Below, in pieces: positions 14,947-23,313 of a stretch of 25,633 bases of DNA. The translations under genes were made by a program, and so were the position numbers. The stretch covers positions 1 to 25,633 of the IMG/VR virus record IMGVR_UViG_3300012663_000698. One strand, written 5' to 3'. Below the pieces are notes generated by a model that was not told the DNA's origin, did not search any database, and saw only the letters and a program-made list of their open reading frames with translations. This DNA comes from a virus (lineage: Duplodnaviria > Caudoviricetes). How positions within the stretch are numbered: the first letter of the stretch is position 1; each line of letters starts with the position of its first letter.

Positions 14947-16160
14947 GCTGTTAATGCTCCCGGTGCCCACGTTGTTGGAACAATTTTAATAGGTCCGTAT
15001 TTGTGTTGTTTTTGTGGATAGCGTACATGTCCTTCGCCGTCCGAATCCCATATCTCTGTTCTTGGCTGTTGTTTAATAGCGGCATCAACAAGATCTTTCA
15101 TATTACGAATACCTTTAATGAGGAAGAATATTGCATCTAATCCTCCGGGATGCTCTTGAATCATATTAATTACGTGTTGTTGTTTTTTAGCACTAACACC
15201 TTTTTGCGTCATCCAGTTAACAAACGTACTGCCGTTAATACCACCGAAGTCTTGTTTGCCAGCGGCATGCAAGTTACTCATTTGGTTAAAGAATGGATAT
15301 AGTATTCCGTTTTTGTCTGGGTCAGGTAGACTGCCTAGGAAGTTATCAATAACATTACCGTGTTCAGTAACATATTCAATCATATTGTCTACTGAGCTAG
15401 TATCGATATCAGGAGCCGCACTTGTATAGATAGGACCCTGAACAATCAATCCGGGGGTATTATTAAACATTGAAAAATCGTCTAGCGGCTGTTGTTCTCT
15501 ATCTCCTGCACCAAAGCGAGGAAATGTAGCATGACCTACAACCATTACCTTTGCTTGGGCAACACGCTGGCCTAATTCACTAGCACCGTCAACGTGATAT
15601 GTTGTTTTACTTTTTGGGTTAGGGGCAAATGACCAGATACCTGATGGATATTCTTTAGTTGGTTTGTCAAACTTTTTATCTAAAGCAGGGTCTACTCCAA
15701 ACAAACTATCTGCATATACAAAGCCAACAAAGTCTTTTGGAGTGGCGGCATCAAACAATGGATATAAATTACTAAAGTTAGTGGCAAATTGTTGTCTTGC
15801 TTTTACTTCTTCTGGAGTCTTAGGATTACCGCTTTGATTAGCAATAAAGTCGTACACTGAATCTGGACTAGTTGACTTAACACCTTTGCTCCATTGGTTA
15901 TGACCTGCTAGTATTAGTGGCCCACCTTTTTCTTCTCTACCCCAATACACTTGAGGATTGCCATCCCACTTACGTCGAATAGATGTTGCACCTTCTTTTT
16001 CTTCTGCAATTTCTTTAAAATGATTTAATGCTTCAATTGTGCCGGCACTACCCTTGAAGAATACTAAATGTTCTGGGTGATTAAACGCTCGCCCGTATTT
16101 TTCCATGCTGTCATCAGCAGGAGCAGTAGCTTCACGAAGGAACAATTCTCTTAGTAACAC
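14943..16160 (-). CDS. ATP-dependent ligase-fold protein (KxDG; DUF6267-like, putative RNA ligase)
   Basis: HPEHLVF, KWDG (motif I), EGHV (motif IV) and IKIV (motif V). GTG start after AAGGA. Confidence 0.65.
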   Translation of the reverse strand: MLLRELFLREATAPADDSMEKYGRAFNHPEHLVFFKGSAGTIEALNHFKEIAEEKEGATSIRRKWDGNPQVYWGREEKGGPLILAGHNQWSKGVKSTSPDSVYDFIANQSGNPKTPEEVKARQQFATNFSNLYPLFDAATPKDFVGFVYADSLFGVDPALDKKFDKPTKEYPSGIWSFAPNPKSKTTYHVDGASELGQRVAQAKVMVVGHATFPRFGAGDREQQPLDDFSMFNNTPGLIVQGPIYTSAAPDIDTSSVDNMIEYVTEHGNVIDNFLGSLPDPDKNGILYPFFNQMSNLHAAGKQDFGGINGSTFVNWMTQKGVSAKKQQHVINMIQEHPGGLDAIFFLIKGIRNMKDLVDAAIKQQPRTEIWDSDGEGHVRYPQKQHKYGPIKIVPTTWAPGALTA

Positions 16161-16162
16161 AA

Positions 16163-16534
16163 TTAATCCTTGTACTTACCTTCTTGGAATTGCTTCATAA
16201 GATCTTCCTTCATCTTTAAGCATACCTTGTTACATAATTCTTCTTCTAATTCATCTGCTAATTCGCGAATAGGGAACTTTTTAATATATGTTTTATAACT
16301 TTCTACTGCGGCAGTTTTAAAGATGTTGGAATTAACTTTAGATTTATTTTTAATACCGCTAACACATTTTTGTACAGCAGGGTAAACTAATCGACGATAG
16401 ATGTCGTCGTCGTTATTCATGAAGAATGTTAAATCGTCGACTAAATCGTAGTCGAGTTCTGTTTTGTCACCGTCTTTGCGGACAAACTCTAATTCATCAA
16501 AATCTTTACCTTCTAATAGATCTATAATACGCAT
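16163..16534 (-). CDS. Hypothetical protein, 123 aa
   Basis: Start placed at MRIIDLLEG (ATG 16534). Contains DDLTFFMNNDD.IYR..YP. Confidence 0.75.
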   Translation of the reverse strand: MRIIDLLEGKDFDELEFVRKDGDKTELDYDLVDDLTFFMNNDDDIYRRLVYPAVQKCVSGIKNKSKVNSNIFKTAAVESYKTYIKKFPIRELADELEEELCNKVCLKMKEDLMKQFQEGKYKD

Positions 16535-16580
16535 TGTTAAGCCCAAAAAAAATAGATTGCATGCTGTGATGCAGATACAT

Positions 16581-16588
16581 TATTTATC
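16581..16588 (-). promoter_or_regulatory. Putative late promoter GATAAATA heading the virion-protein block
   Basis: Intergenic TAAATA core, as seen at 12704, 22061, 24639 and 24702. Confidence 0.5.
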
Positions 16589-16606
16589 GTATTACGGCTC
16601 TTACAA

Positions 16607-17236
16607 TTATGCTTTAATTATACGCTCGATCTTGTTAATACTGCCGCCTAGATGCATTTTTGCCATGAGCAACATGTTATTACCAGTGATATAAAAGTAT
16701 GTACCGCCCCAACTGCGATCTTTGTTTAAATCTCGTGTGCAGCCCTTAGTAAGTTTTATCTTACTATTTGTCTTCGCCCAGTCGATGAATGCACTATAAT
16801 TTTGTGTAGTTTTACCCACAGTTACCTTAAACTCAAACGGCACTTTAGGTAGTATAATTGTGCCTTCGATTAATGCTGTATTTGCCGGAGGTTGACAAAT
16901 ATACTTAACGTGATTATCATCAATTTTAGCCAGATCCTGTATATCTTTAATATTATTAGAATATAAAGTAATCCATGGGTTTTCTACACGAATTTCGTAG
17001 TCTATCATTTTGCTAATTTTTTTCTGCAATGCAAATGCATAGTCTAGATCATCTTGGGTTCTAATATTATTGCTATACTTGTGATATGACCCTACCTTGC
17101 TTAAATCTATTTTACTAAGAGATTCAGCAGCCGCAGTTATGTCACCGGATCTAAATACACCTGCACCGGCACACACTAGTACTATTTTGTACTGGTATGT
17201 GCCTTTAAACAGTTTATTAGTTGTCTTGTATAACAT
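16607..17236 (-). CDS. Hypothetical protein, 209 aa
   Basis: Long ORF overlapping the clpA stop by 20 nt. Confidence 0.8.
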   Translation of the reverse strand: MLYKTTNKLFKGTYQYKIVLVCAGAGVFRSGDITAAAESLSKIDLSKVGSYHKYSNNIRTQDDLDYAFALQKKISKMIDYEIRVENPWITLYSNNIKDIQDLAKIDDNHVKYICQPPANTALIEGTIILPKVPFEFKVTVGKTTQNYSAFIDWAKTNSKIKLTKGCTRDLNKDRSWGGTYFYITGNNMLLMAKMHLGGSINKIERIIKA

Positions 17237-19502
17237 TCTTAATAAGTGTGTCGGAATCCGTAGTTAACATTGGAATCTTTGGTGTCTTGGGTTTTGAAAT
17301 CAATTGCAGTTTGTCGTCAGCAACTAAAATGTGTAACCATCCACCGTTCTTCAAGTCTCCGAACAACATCATCTTAGCAAGGTCACGTTTAATTTCCTTG
17401 TCAATAACACGTTGTAAAGGACGAGCACCCATCTTGCTATCAAAACCTTTATCAATGAGCCAGTTAGTAGCTTCTGTATTAATTTTAATACGGATTCCTT
17501 TTTCTTTAACCTGACTACGCAACTCTTCAATAAACTTTTCAACAACCTTAGTCATTGTAGCTTTGCCTAGCTTGTTAAACGTAATAATACCGTCTAAACG
17601 ATTGCGGAACTCAGGAGTAAAGAACTTCTTTAAGTCTGCATCGCTGTAGTCTTTAGATTGTTCTCCAAAGCCAATTTGATTCTTTTCAGCTGATTGAGCA
17701 CCAGCATTAGTAGTAAGAATAAGAATTAAGTTACGGCAGTCTGCTTGTTTTCCATTTGAACCAGTAATAAAACCATTGTCCATCATTTGTAGCAATACTG
17801 TACTAACATCTGGGTGTGACTTTTCAACTTCGTCAAACAACAATACCGCATTTGGATTCTCTTGAATCTGAGTAATCAACAATCCGGCGTTCTCCTCAAA
17901 GCCAACATATCCCGGTGGACTACCAATTAGCTTAGAGATGCTATGTTTCTCTTGATATTCTGACATATCAAAACGTAACAACTTAACGCCCAAGTTCTTA
18001 GCAAGTGCTTTAGCAGTTTCAGTCTTACCACATCCAGTTGGGCCCATAAACACAAAGCTACCGATCGGTTTGTTTTCTGATTTTAATCCTGCTTGAGCAA
18101 CAATAATCTTATCAACAACTTCCTGCACAGCAAGATCTTGTCCGTATACTTCTGCCTGTAGCTTGTCTTGTAGGGTAGCAAGGTTATGGCTTTCAGTTTC
18201 CATAACTTGTTCTTCAGGCAAGTTAACCATCTTAGCAAGTTCAAACTGAATTTCGTGCTCGCCGATAACTCGTTCGTCTGCAAGTTTTAAATTAAACCGT
18301 GAACAAGCAACATCGATCAAATCAATTGCCTTATCGGGAAGTTTCTTATCGGCTTGATACTTAACTGACAATTTAATAGCTGCCTGTAGTGCATCGTCCT
18401 TAATCTTAACTTTATGATATTGTTCGTAGTATTTTTTAATACCTTTAAGAATTTGCAATGTCATTTCTTGCGTAGGTTCATCAACTGTAATACGTTGGAA
18501 TCGACGCATCAATGCACGATCTTTTTCAAAGTGCTTACGGTATTCTTCCCATGTAGTTGAAGCAATAACTTTAATGTTACCTTTGCTTAGTGCAGGCTTC
18601 ATCATATTAGCAAGATCGTTTGCACTATTGCCTGCCGAGCCAGCACCGCTAATCATATGTGCTTCGTCAATAAACAAGACAGTCTTACCTTTCTTGCTTA
18701 GACCTTTTAGAACCATTTTAAAACGTTCTTCAAAGTCTCCACGATACTTACTACCAGCAAGCATAGCACTAATGTCTAAGTTATAAACCTGATATTCTTT
18801 AAGAAAATCGGGAACCGCACCTTTAACAATGTTATAAGCAAGGCCTTCTGCAATAGCAGTCTTACCAACTCCGGGGTCTCCGACTAGAATACAGTTATTT
18901 TTACTTCGGCGTCCGAGCGCCAAACTAATGTTCTCTAATTCGTCAATACGACCAATAACCGGATCAATTTTATTTTTCTTAACAGCATCGTTAAGGTTAG
19001 ATGTAAACTGTGCTAGTGCTTTAGCACTTTGTCCATCTACTTGTTCATTTCCTTCTTCAAGCTCGACATCGCTTTGATTATTAAGATAATCATTAAACTT
19101 GTCTTTATCGATATTCGCTTGTTGGATATAAAAGTGTGCCCATGAACGTTTTTCACCAATCATTGCAATAAACACATCCGCTGGTTCGATGCGTTGACGT
19201 CCATTAAACAATACTTGTGTAAATGCACGATTAAGTACCCTTTCAACTGCTTGAGTCTTTTTAGGTTTAACTACTACATCTTCAATTGTAATTTCTGCGC
19301 ATCTATGTTGCAAATACTCTGCAATGTTCTTTCTTAATTCGCCTACGTCCGAGCCGTATCCTTGTACGCAGTTACTAAACGACTCGTCTGTGAGCATAGC
19401 AAAAAGCAAATGCTCAATTGTAAGATACTCGTGATGTAATTTTTTAGCAGTGTCAATTGCTTTTTCAAATACTGCTTGTAGGTTATCACTTGGTTCAACC
19501 AT
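17217..19502 (-). CDS. clpA: ClpA-like AAA+ unfoldase
   Basis: Clp N-domain (HHEYLTIEHLL), Walker A motifs GDPGVGKT and GPTGCGKT, pore loops KYRG and GYVG, and IGF ClpP-docking loop. No ClpB middle domain. Confidence 0.93.
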   Translation of the reverse strand: MVEPSDNLQAVFEKAIDTAKKLHHEYLTIEHLLFAMLTDESFSNCVQGYGSDVGELRKNIAEYLQHRCAEITIEDVVVKPKKTQAVERVLNRAFTQVLFNGRQRIEPADVFIAMIGEKRSWAHFYIQQANIDKDKFNDYLNNQSDVELEEGNEQVDGQSAKALAQFTSNLNDAVKKNKIDPVIGRIDELENISLALGRRSKNNCILVGDPGVGKTAIAEGLAYNIVKGAVPDFLKEYQVYNLDISAMLAGSKYRGDFEERFKMVLKGLSKKGKTVLFIDEAHMISGAGSAGNSANDLANMMKPALSKGNIKVIASTTWEEYRKHFEKDRALMRRFQRITVDEPTQEMTLQILKGIKKYYEQYHKVKIKDDALQAAIKLSVKYQADKKLPDKAIDLIDVACSRFNLKLADERVIGEHEIQFELAKMVNLPEEQVMETESHNLATLQDKLQAEVYGQDLAVQEVVDKIIVAQAGLKSENKPIGSFVFMGPTGCGKTETAKALAKNLGVKLLRFDMSEYQEKHSISKLIGSPPGYVGFEENAGLLITQIQENPNAVLLFDEVEKSHPDVSTVLLQMMDNGFITGSNGKQADCRNLILILTTNAGAQSAEKNQIGFGEQSKDYSDADLKKFFTPEFRNRLDGIITFNKLGKATMTKVVEKFIEELRSQVKEKGIRIKINTEATNWLIDKGFDSKMGARPLQRVIDKEIKRDLAKMMLFGDLKNGGWLHILVADDKLQLISKPKTPKIPMLTTDSDTLIKNVIQDN

Positions 19503-19528
19503 TACGTTTCCTTATTGTTATTACTGTT

Positions 19529-19557
19529 AGTTTACGTTAAACGAATGCAAAAGTCAA
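19529..19557 (-). promoter_or_regulatory. Sigma70-type promoter for clpA
   Basis: TTGACT (19557-19552), 17 nt spacer, TAAACT (19534-19529). AAGGA RBS downstream. Confidence 0.7.
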
Positions 19558-19560
19558 CGG

Positions 19561-20400
19561 TTACGACTTGTTAATCTCGTCATTAATTTGTTTTAACTTT
19601 GCTATTAATGCAGGATCGGTAATTGTAGGAGTTTGAATATTAATAACTGAAACAAACCTACCTTTACGTCCTGTATGTGGATTTGGAAAACCGTTACCGC
19701 TGGCTGCAAACTCTGCACCAGTTTCTACTCCGCTTCTAATATCTAAATCTAATTCTTGTCCTGTAATTGTTTTAACTTTTTTACGGCATCCAATCATAGC
19801 ATCAATTGGACTAATATTTACAGTAGTATATAGATCATCGTTGATACGTCGGAAATTTGCATCGGGTAATACAATTACTGTTACGTTTAGATTTCCTCTA
19901 GGTGCATGCATGAGACTGTCGTCACCTAGGCCTTGATATCGGATAGTTTCTCCGTGGCTAACACCGGGCGGTACATTAATAACTACAGTTTGTTGTTTTC
20001 CGCTTGGTAAAGTATAGTTAGCTTCTAGTTGTTTTCCAATCATAGAATCCAACAATGTTACTTGGCATTGTATATTTAAATCTCGGTTGCGTCGAACTTG
20101 CCGTCCAAAAATATCACCAAACGGACTTTGCCCTCCAAATTGTGCCCCAAAGATATCTCCAAAGTCTGGCATTCCGCCTGTATGGAATCTAACTTGTGGG
20201 CCGCCTCTGCGTTGTTGATCGTATTCGGCTCGTTTATTTTGATCACTAAGTGTGTCGTATGCCACAGATATGTTTTTAAACATAGCTTGGTCCCCACCTT
20301 TATCTGGGTGGTGTTTATTGGCCAAGCTTCGATATGCTTTTTTAATTTCATCTGGGCTGGCAGTTTCGCCAACACCCAGTGTTTGGTAATAGTCAGTCAT
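19561..20400 (-). CDS. DnaJ class II co-chaperone (CbpA-like, no zinc finger)
   Basis: J-domain DYY..LGV...HPDK, a G/F-rich linker and a DnaJ C-terminal domain. Confidence 0.93.
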   Translation of the reverse strand: MTDYYQTLGVGETASPDEIKKAYRSLANKHHPDKGGDQAMFKNISVAYDTLSDQNKRAEYDQQRRGGPQVRFHTGGMPDFGDIFGAQFGGQSPFGDIFGRQVRRNRDLNIQCQVTLLDSMIGKQLEANYTLPSGKQQTVVINVPPGVSHGETIRYQGLGDDSLMHAPRGNLNVTVIVLPDANFRRINDDLYTTVNISPIDAMIGCRKKVKTITGQELDLDIRSGVETGAEFAASGNGFPNPHTGRKGRFVSVINIQTPTITDPALIAKLKQINDEINKS

Positions 20401-20405
20401 AGTCG

Positions 20406-20460
20406 TAAAAAAGGCTCCAAATAATATAGTAATTATACTATCTTAGTCGGAGCCTGTCAA
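20406..20460 (-). promoter_or_regulatory. Perfect sigma70 promoter embedded in a 20-bp-arm inverted repeat/terminator upstream of dnaJ
   Basis: TTGACA (20460-20455), 17 nt spacer, TATAAT (20437-20432). Arms at 20455-20436 and 20431-20412 are 17/20 complementary and are followed by a T-run. Confidence 0.85.
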
Positions 20461-20473
20461 GAGTTTGGTATAA

Positions 20474-20677
20474 TTACTTCTTTTCTGGAACCTTTTCGCC
20501 TTCTACTTTCTTATGTACTTTGATTTTTTTACATTCTTGTACAGGCTTACCGTCCTTGCCGTTTACTACTTTACCGGCTTTGTCTTTTTTGTCTGTACAT
20601 ACTTCTTTTATTTCACCACCGGCATATGCTGTGCCAACTAGTGCTAAACTTGTTACTAATGCTAATAATAATTTCAT
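20474..20677 (-). CDS. Small secreted Lys-rich protein with two Cys, 67 aa
   Basis: Signal peptide MKLLLALVTSLALVGTAYA. AAGGAG upstream of ATG 20677. Confidence 0.75.
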   Translation of the reverse strand: MKLLLALVTSLALVGTAYAGGEIKEVCTDKKDKAGKVVNGKDGKPVQECKKIKVHKKVEGEKVPEKK

Positions 20678-20678
20678 T

Positions 20679-20801
20679 TTATGCTCCTTTTTTTGCAATC
20701 ATCGATTGAATTTTTTCCTGGATAATCTTTGCCCAGAAAGGTTGTGGAAAATTCCATCCTACAAATGCTCCTACTGCTACCCAAAATAATGTGTCTAACA
20801 T
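20679..20801 (-). CDS. 40-aa single-pass membrane protein; below the ORF-track cutoff
   Basis: MLDTLFWVAVGAFVGWNFPQPFWAKIIQEKIQSMIAKKGA*. AAGGAG RBS, and the ORF fills the intergenic gap exactly. Confidence 0.75.
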   Translation of the reverse strand: MLDTLFWVAVGAFVGWNFPQPFWAKIIQEKIQSMIAKKGA

Positions 20802-20813
20802 GTTACGCTCCTT

Positions 20814-21236
20814 TTAAATTGGCGGTTGTGGTTCATCCGGTACTACTTTTTTACCACTAGGTGTTGTTGCTATAGGTGTTGTCCCCCAACTTGTCGCTGG
20901 CGTATAACTTGTTGTATTAGCAACATTTGGAGTTACTGGTTGTACAGGAGTAGAACTATTGCTAACCCCGCCTAACTTCTCCTGTGTACGACCATAAGCC
21001 GCAATACCTAAGATAGCACCCATTGCCATATGAAACAAGCCGGCGCCGTTTAGTGTAATAGGACTCCATTGTGTCTCTACTCTGCCGCCATGTAGAGCTT
21101 GTATTAAACTCCACAGTATAGGAAATAGAACAAAGTCACATATACAAACTACCATGTACATCCAACCCATCATTGGACGCCATTTACTGTTCATCCAATC
21201 TTCTTTCTTTTGTTCTGACACGCTCATCTCAGACAT
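20814..21236 (-). CDS. Holin (3TM/GTA-holin-like)
   Basis: WRP..GW motif, two hydrophobic segments and LG...GRTQEK. Lies in the lysis cluster. Confidence 0.75.
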   Translation of the reverse strand: MSEMSVSEQKKEDWMNSKWRPMMGWMYMVVCICDFVLFPILWSLIQALHGGRVETQWSPITLNGAGLFHMAMGAILGIAAYGRTQEKLGGVSNSSTPVQPVTPNVANTTSYTPATSWGTTPIATTPSGKKVVPDEPQPPI

Positions 21237-21239
21237 TTT

Positions 21240-21752
21240 TTATAGTTCTGGTTGTGGAAACGATGGAACTATTGCTTTGCCGCTTGCTGTTGTTGTAACC
21301 GGTGCAGGAAACCCTCCGCCAAAGTTTGGTGCTGCTGGAGCATTAAAACTACCAGACATACCAAACCCGCTAGGTGTACTAAATCCAACGTTTGCGCCAA
21401 AGCCGCCACTTGATGGTGCGCTAGGTGCTGGAGTCGTTGGTGTAGGTGGTTTATCCCAACCTTTATTTGCCGCAGCCAATGCCTGCTTTTGTGCTTCTTT
21501 ATCACCGGGACTTGCTAACATAATACCACTTAGTGTACCTGTTAAGAATGTAGCAATAGGAATAATTAATTCAAAAAACTTTTGATCAATTGGACTAATA
21601 GCGTTCAACGGTTGTGTTACAAAAATTAATGAATATAACACAACAAATACAATACCAAACAGTGTCAACGAAAGACAAATGCCGATAAAGAATTTTAATC
21701 GAGCCATTAACTGCTCTTCAGTATACATTATAGGTTGAATATTATTTTCCAC
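21240..21752 (-). CDS. Two-TM membrane protein with Pro/Gly-rich tail, 170 aa
   Basis: GTG start at 21752 after AAGGAG. TM segments FFIGICLSLTLFGIVFVVLYSLIFV and LIIPIATFLTGTLSGIML. Confidence 0.7.
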   Translation of the reverse strand: MENNIQPIMYTEEQLMARLKFFIGICLSLTLFGIVFVVLYSLIFVTQPLNAISPIDQKFFELIIPIATFLTGTLSGIMLASPGDKEAQKQALAAANKGWDKPPTPTTPAPSAPSSGGFGANVGFSTPSGFGMSGSFNAPAAPNFGGGFPAPVTTTASGKAIVPSFPQPEL

Positions 21753-22038
21753 AGTTCGCTCCTTGTGTAGTAGATCCAAAGCTCGCTGCTGGAGCCGGAG
21801 TAGTAGTTGTTTTATTTGGTTCATCTTTTGGTGGTCCTAATCTTGGGTCACGTTGACCTTTAAAAATATGTTCTGGACAAGTTCTGTTAACATCGCATAC
21901 AGGCATCTTACAAAAATCTTTATCCCAGTTTGCTGGATCTTGGCATGGATAGCGATAACGATCTCCGCTAAAATATGCTAGCCCTAGTGGTAATGCTAGC
22001 AGTATTAACAGCCATTTTACCAATTTTTTATCTTCCAT
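21742..22038 (-). CDS. Membrane-anchored Cys-rich protein, 98 aa
   Basis: N-terminal TM followed by YRYPCQDP.NW....CK..VC....TCP. AAGGAG RBS, and GTTAAATA upstream. Confidence 0.75.
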   Translation of the reverse strand: MEDKKLVKWLLILLALPLGLAYFSGDRYRYPCQDPANWDKDFCKMPVCDVNRTCPEHIFKGQRDPRLGPPKDEPNKTTTTPAPAASFGSTTQGANCGK

Positions 22039-22059
22039 TGCTCGCTCCTTAATATACTA

Positions 22060-22680
22060 CTATTTAACGCTTTCAAAGATTTTTTTCTGTTCTCTATACC
22101 ATTCTTGCCATGCTTCTAATTTGGCTGCATTTTCGTGGCAAGCGCCATAGTTCTGAACTACTGTGTCGAGGAGCTCACTGGCTTTAACTTTGCTGGGGGT
22201 TCCATCAGTTGCGGCGGCACGTCCGGCCACTTCATTACGACTGGCGCTGTCGTGCAAGCTGACAGTAGAGTTAGGCAAACTACAGCTAGCATCCAACTGC
22301 TTGCCCGCAACTTCTTTGATGATTTCTCTGTTGACATAGACATTTTCCTTAACTACTTTAATTTTAGTAACTACTTTTTCTTGTATGACGGTATTTACTT
22401 TCTGACTTTGCTCTTCAGCCGCCTTTACCTTTGCTTCAAGTTCTTTGACACGCTCACGCCACGACATTTCTGTGCCATAGCTACCAAACAAATAACTGCC
22501 CGCTACTAGTAACACAACCCCAACAAGCTCTGCTGGTAGTTTGTATTGACCCATCATAGGAATCCAAGTAACAAGTTTACTACCAATATATAGGCTAATA
22601 CCTAAAATTGTAAGTAGGTAATAAATCCAAACAAAAATGCTGTCTGGAATAAAACTTATCATCCATCCAAGCTGGGCCAC
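22060..22680 (-). CDS. Inner-membrane spanin (Rz-like)
   Basis: N-terminal TMs, a coiled coil and C..P...V.LHD. Directly downstream of the endolysin and contains an embedded lipoprotein ORF. Confidence 0.75.
   Translation of the reverse strand: MAQLGWMISFIPDSIFVWIYYLLTILGISLYIGSKLVTWIPMMGQYKLPAELVGVVLLVAGSYLFGSYGTEMSWRERVKELEAKVKAAEEQSQKVNTVIQEKVVTKIKVVKENVYVNREIIKEVAGKQLDASCSLPNSTVSLHDSASRNEVAGRAAATDGTPSKVKASELLDTVVQNYGACHENAAKLEAWQEWYREQKKIFESVK
22158..22292 (-). CDS. Embedded outer-membrane spanin lipoprotein (Rz1-like)
   Basis: MLAVVCLTLLSAC lipobox then Pro-rich TTAPVVMKWPDVPPQLMEPP in a shifted frame. Alternative TTG start at 22310. Confidence 0.7.
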   Translation of the reverse strand: MLAVVCLTLLSACTTAPVVMKWPDVPPQLMEPPAKLKPVSSSTQ

Positions 22681-22681
22681 T

Positions 22682-23311
22682 TTATGCTCCTAGAACGTGA
22701 AGTGCGTGGTTGTAATGTTTAATACGATCTTCAAGACCAATAGTTCCGCCGTTAATGCGTTTTGTTAATGTAAGGATGTCACCTTTGTCTGCCCACTGGT
22801 TTAAGTTATTAGCTTCCCAGAACCAAGCGGCTGATTGTACGCAACCTTCGAACGTTGTTAAATGCTCGCTAGCTTCTTCTACACTAATTTCTAAACTTTG
22901 TGCGTAACGAGTATAGTTGTCCTTACCAGTCAACTGAATAAGTCCACGGCCGCAGTAACGAAACCCGTCACCGGACTCTTCTGGCCCATTACCCATACGA
23001 TTACCATAAACACGATTGGCAATCATTTCGCCCTTGTTAGCATACTGAGCTGCTAACTCGTCTGTTGGGAAATATTTAGGAAATACTTTACGTAGACTGG
23101 CCGCTTTATAATTTAAGTTTTCTTTGATAAATTTAAAGCCACCCGATTCATGAGCGCATTGGGCAATAAATGCTGCAACACGCGGTCTAGTATTAATGTC
23201 GTAGTCGGGCAAAATTTCACATATTGCATTGTACCAATGATCAATGTGGGGGTTTCCCGGAACCATTTCTTTTAAGTTGTTTAGTGTAAATTCAAAATCA
23301 AATCCGCTCAT
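22682..23311 (-). CDS. Endolysin, glycoside hydrolase family 19
   Basis: FIAQCAHESGGF, ENLNY, GRGLIQLTGKDNY and INGGTIGLEDR. Confidence 0.93.
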   Translation of the reverse strand: MSGFDFEFTLNNLKEMVPGNPHIDHWYNAICEILPDYDINTRPRVAAFIAQCAHESGGFKFIKENLNYKAASLRKVFPKYFPTDELAAQYANKGEMIANRVYGNRMGNGPEESGDGFRYCGRGLIQLTGKDNYTRYAQSLEISVEEASEHLTTFEGCVQSAAWFWEANNLNQWADKGDILTLTKRINGGTIGLEDRIKHYNHALHVLGA

Positions 23312-23313
23312 GT

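Noticed and set aside
21225-21236. Holin dual-start motif (Met1-Ser-Glu-Met4)
   Set aside because: There is no basic residue between the starts as in lambda S107, and no clear RBS for either start.
651-22509. Numerous plus-strand ORFs of 60-164 aa
   Set aside because: They are antisense shadows of well-supported minus-strand genes, with no recognisable motifs.
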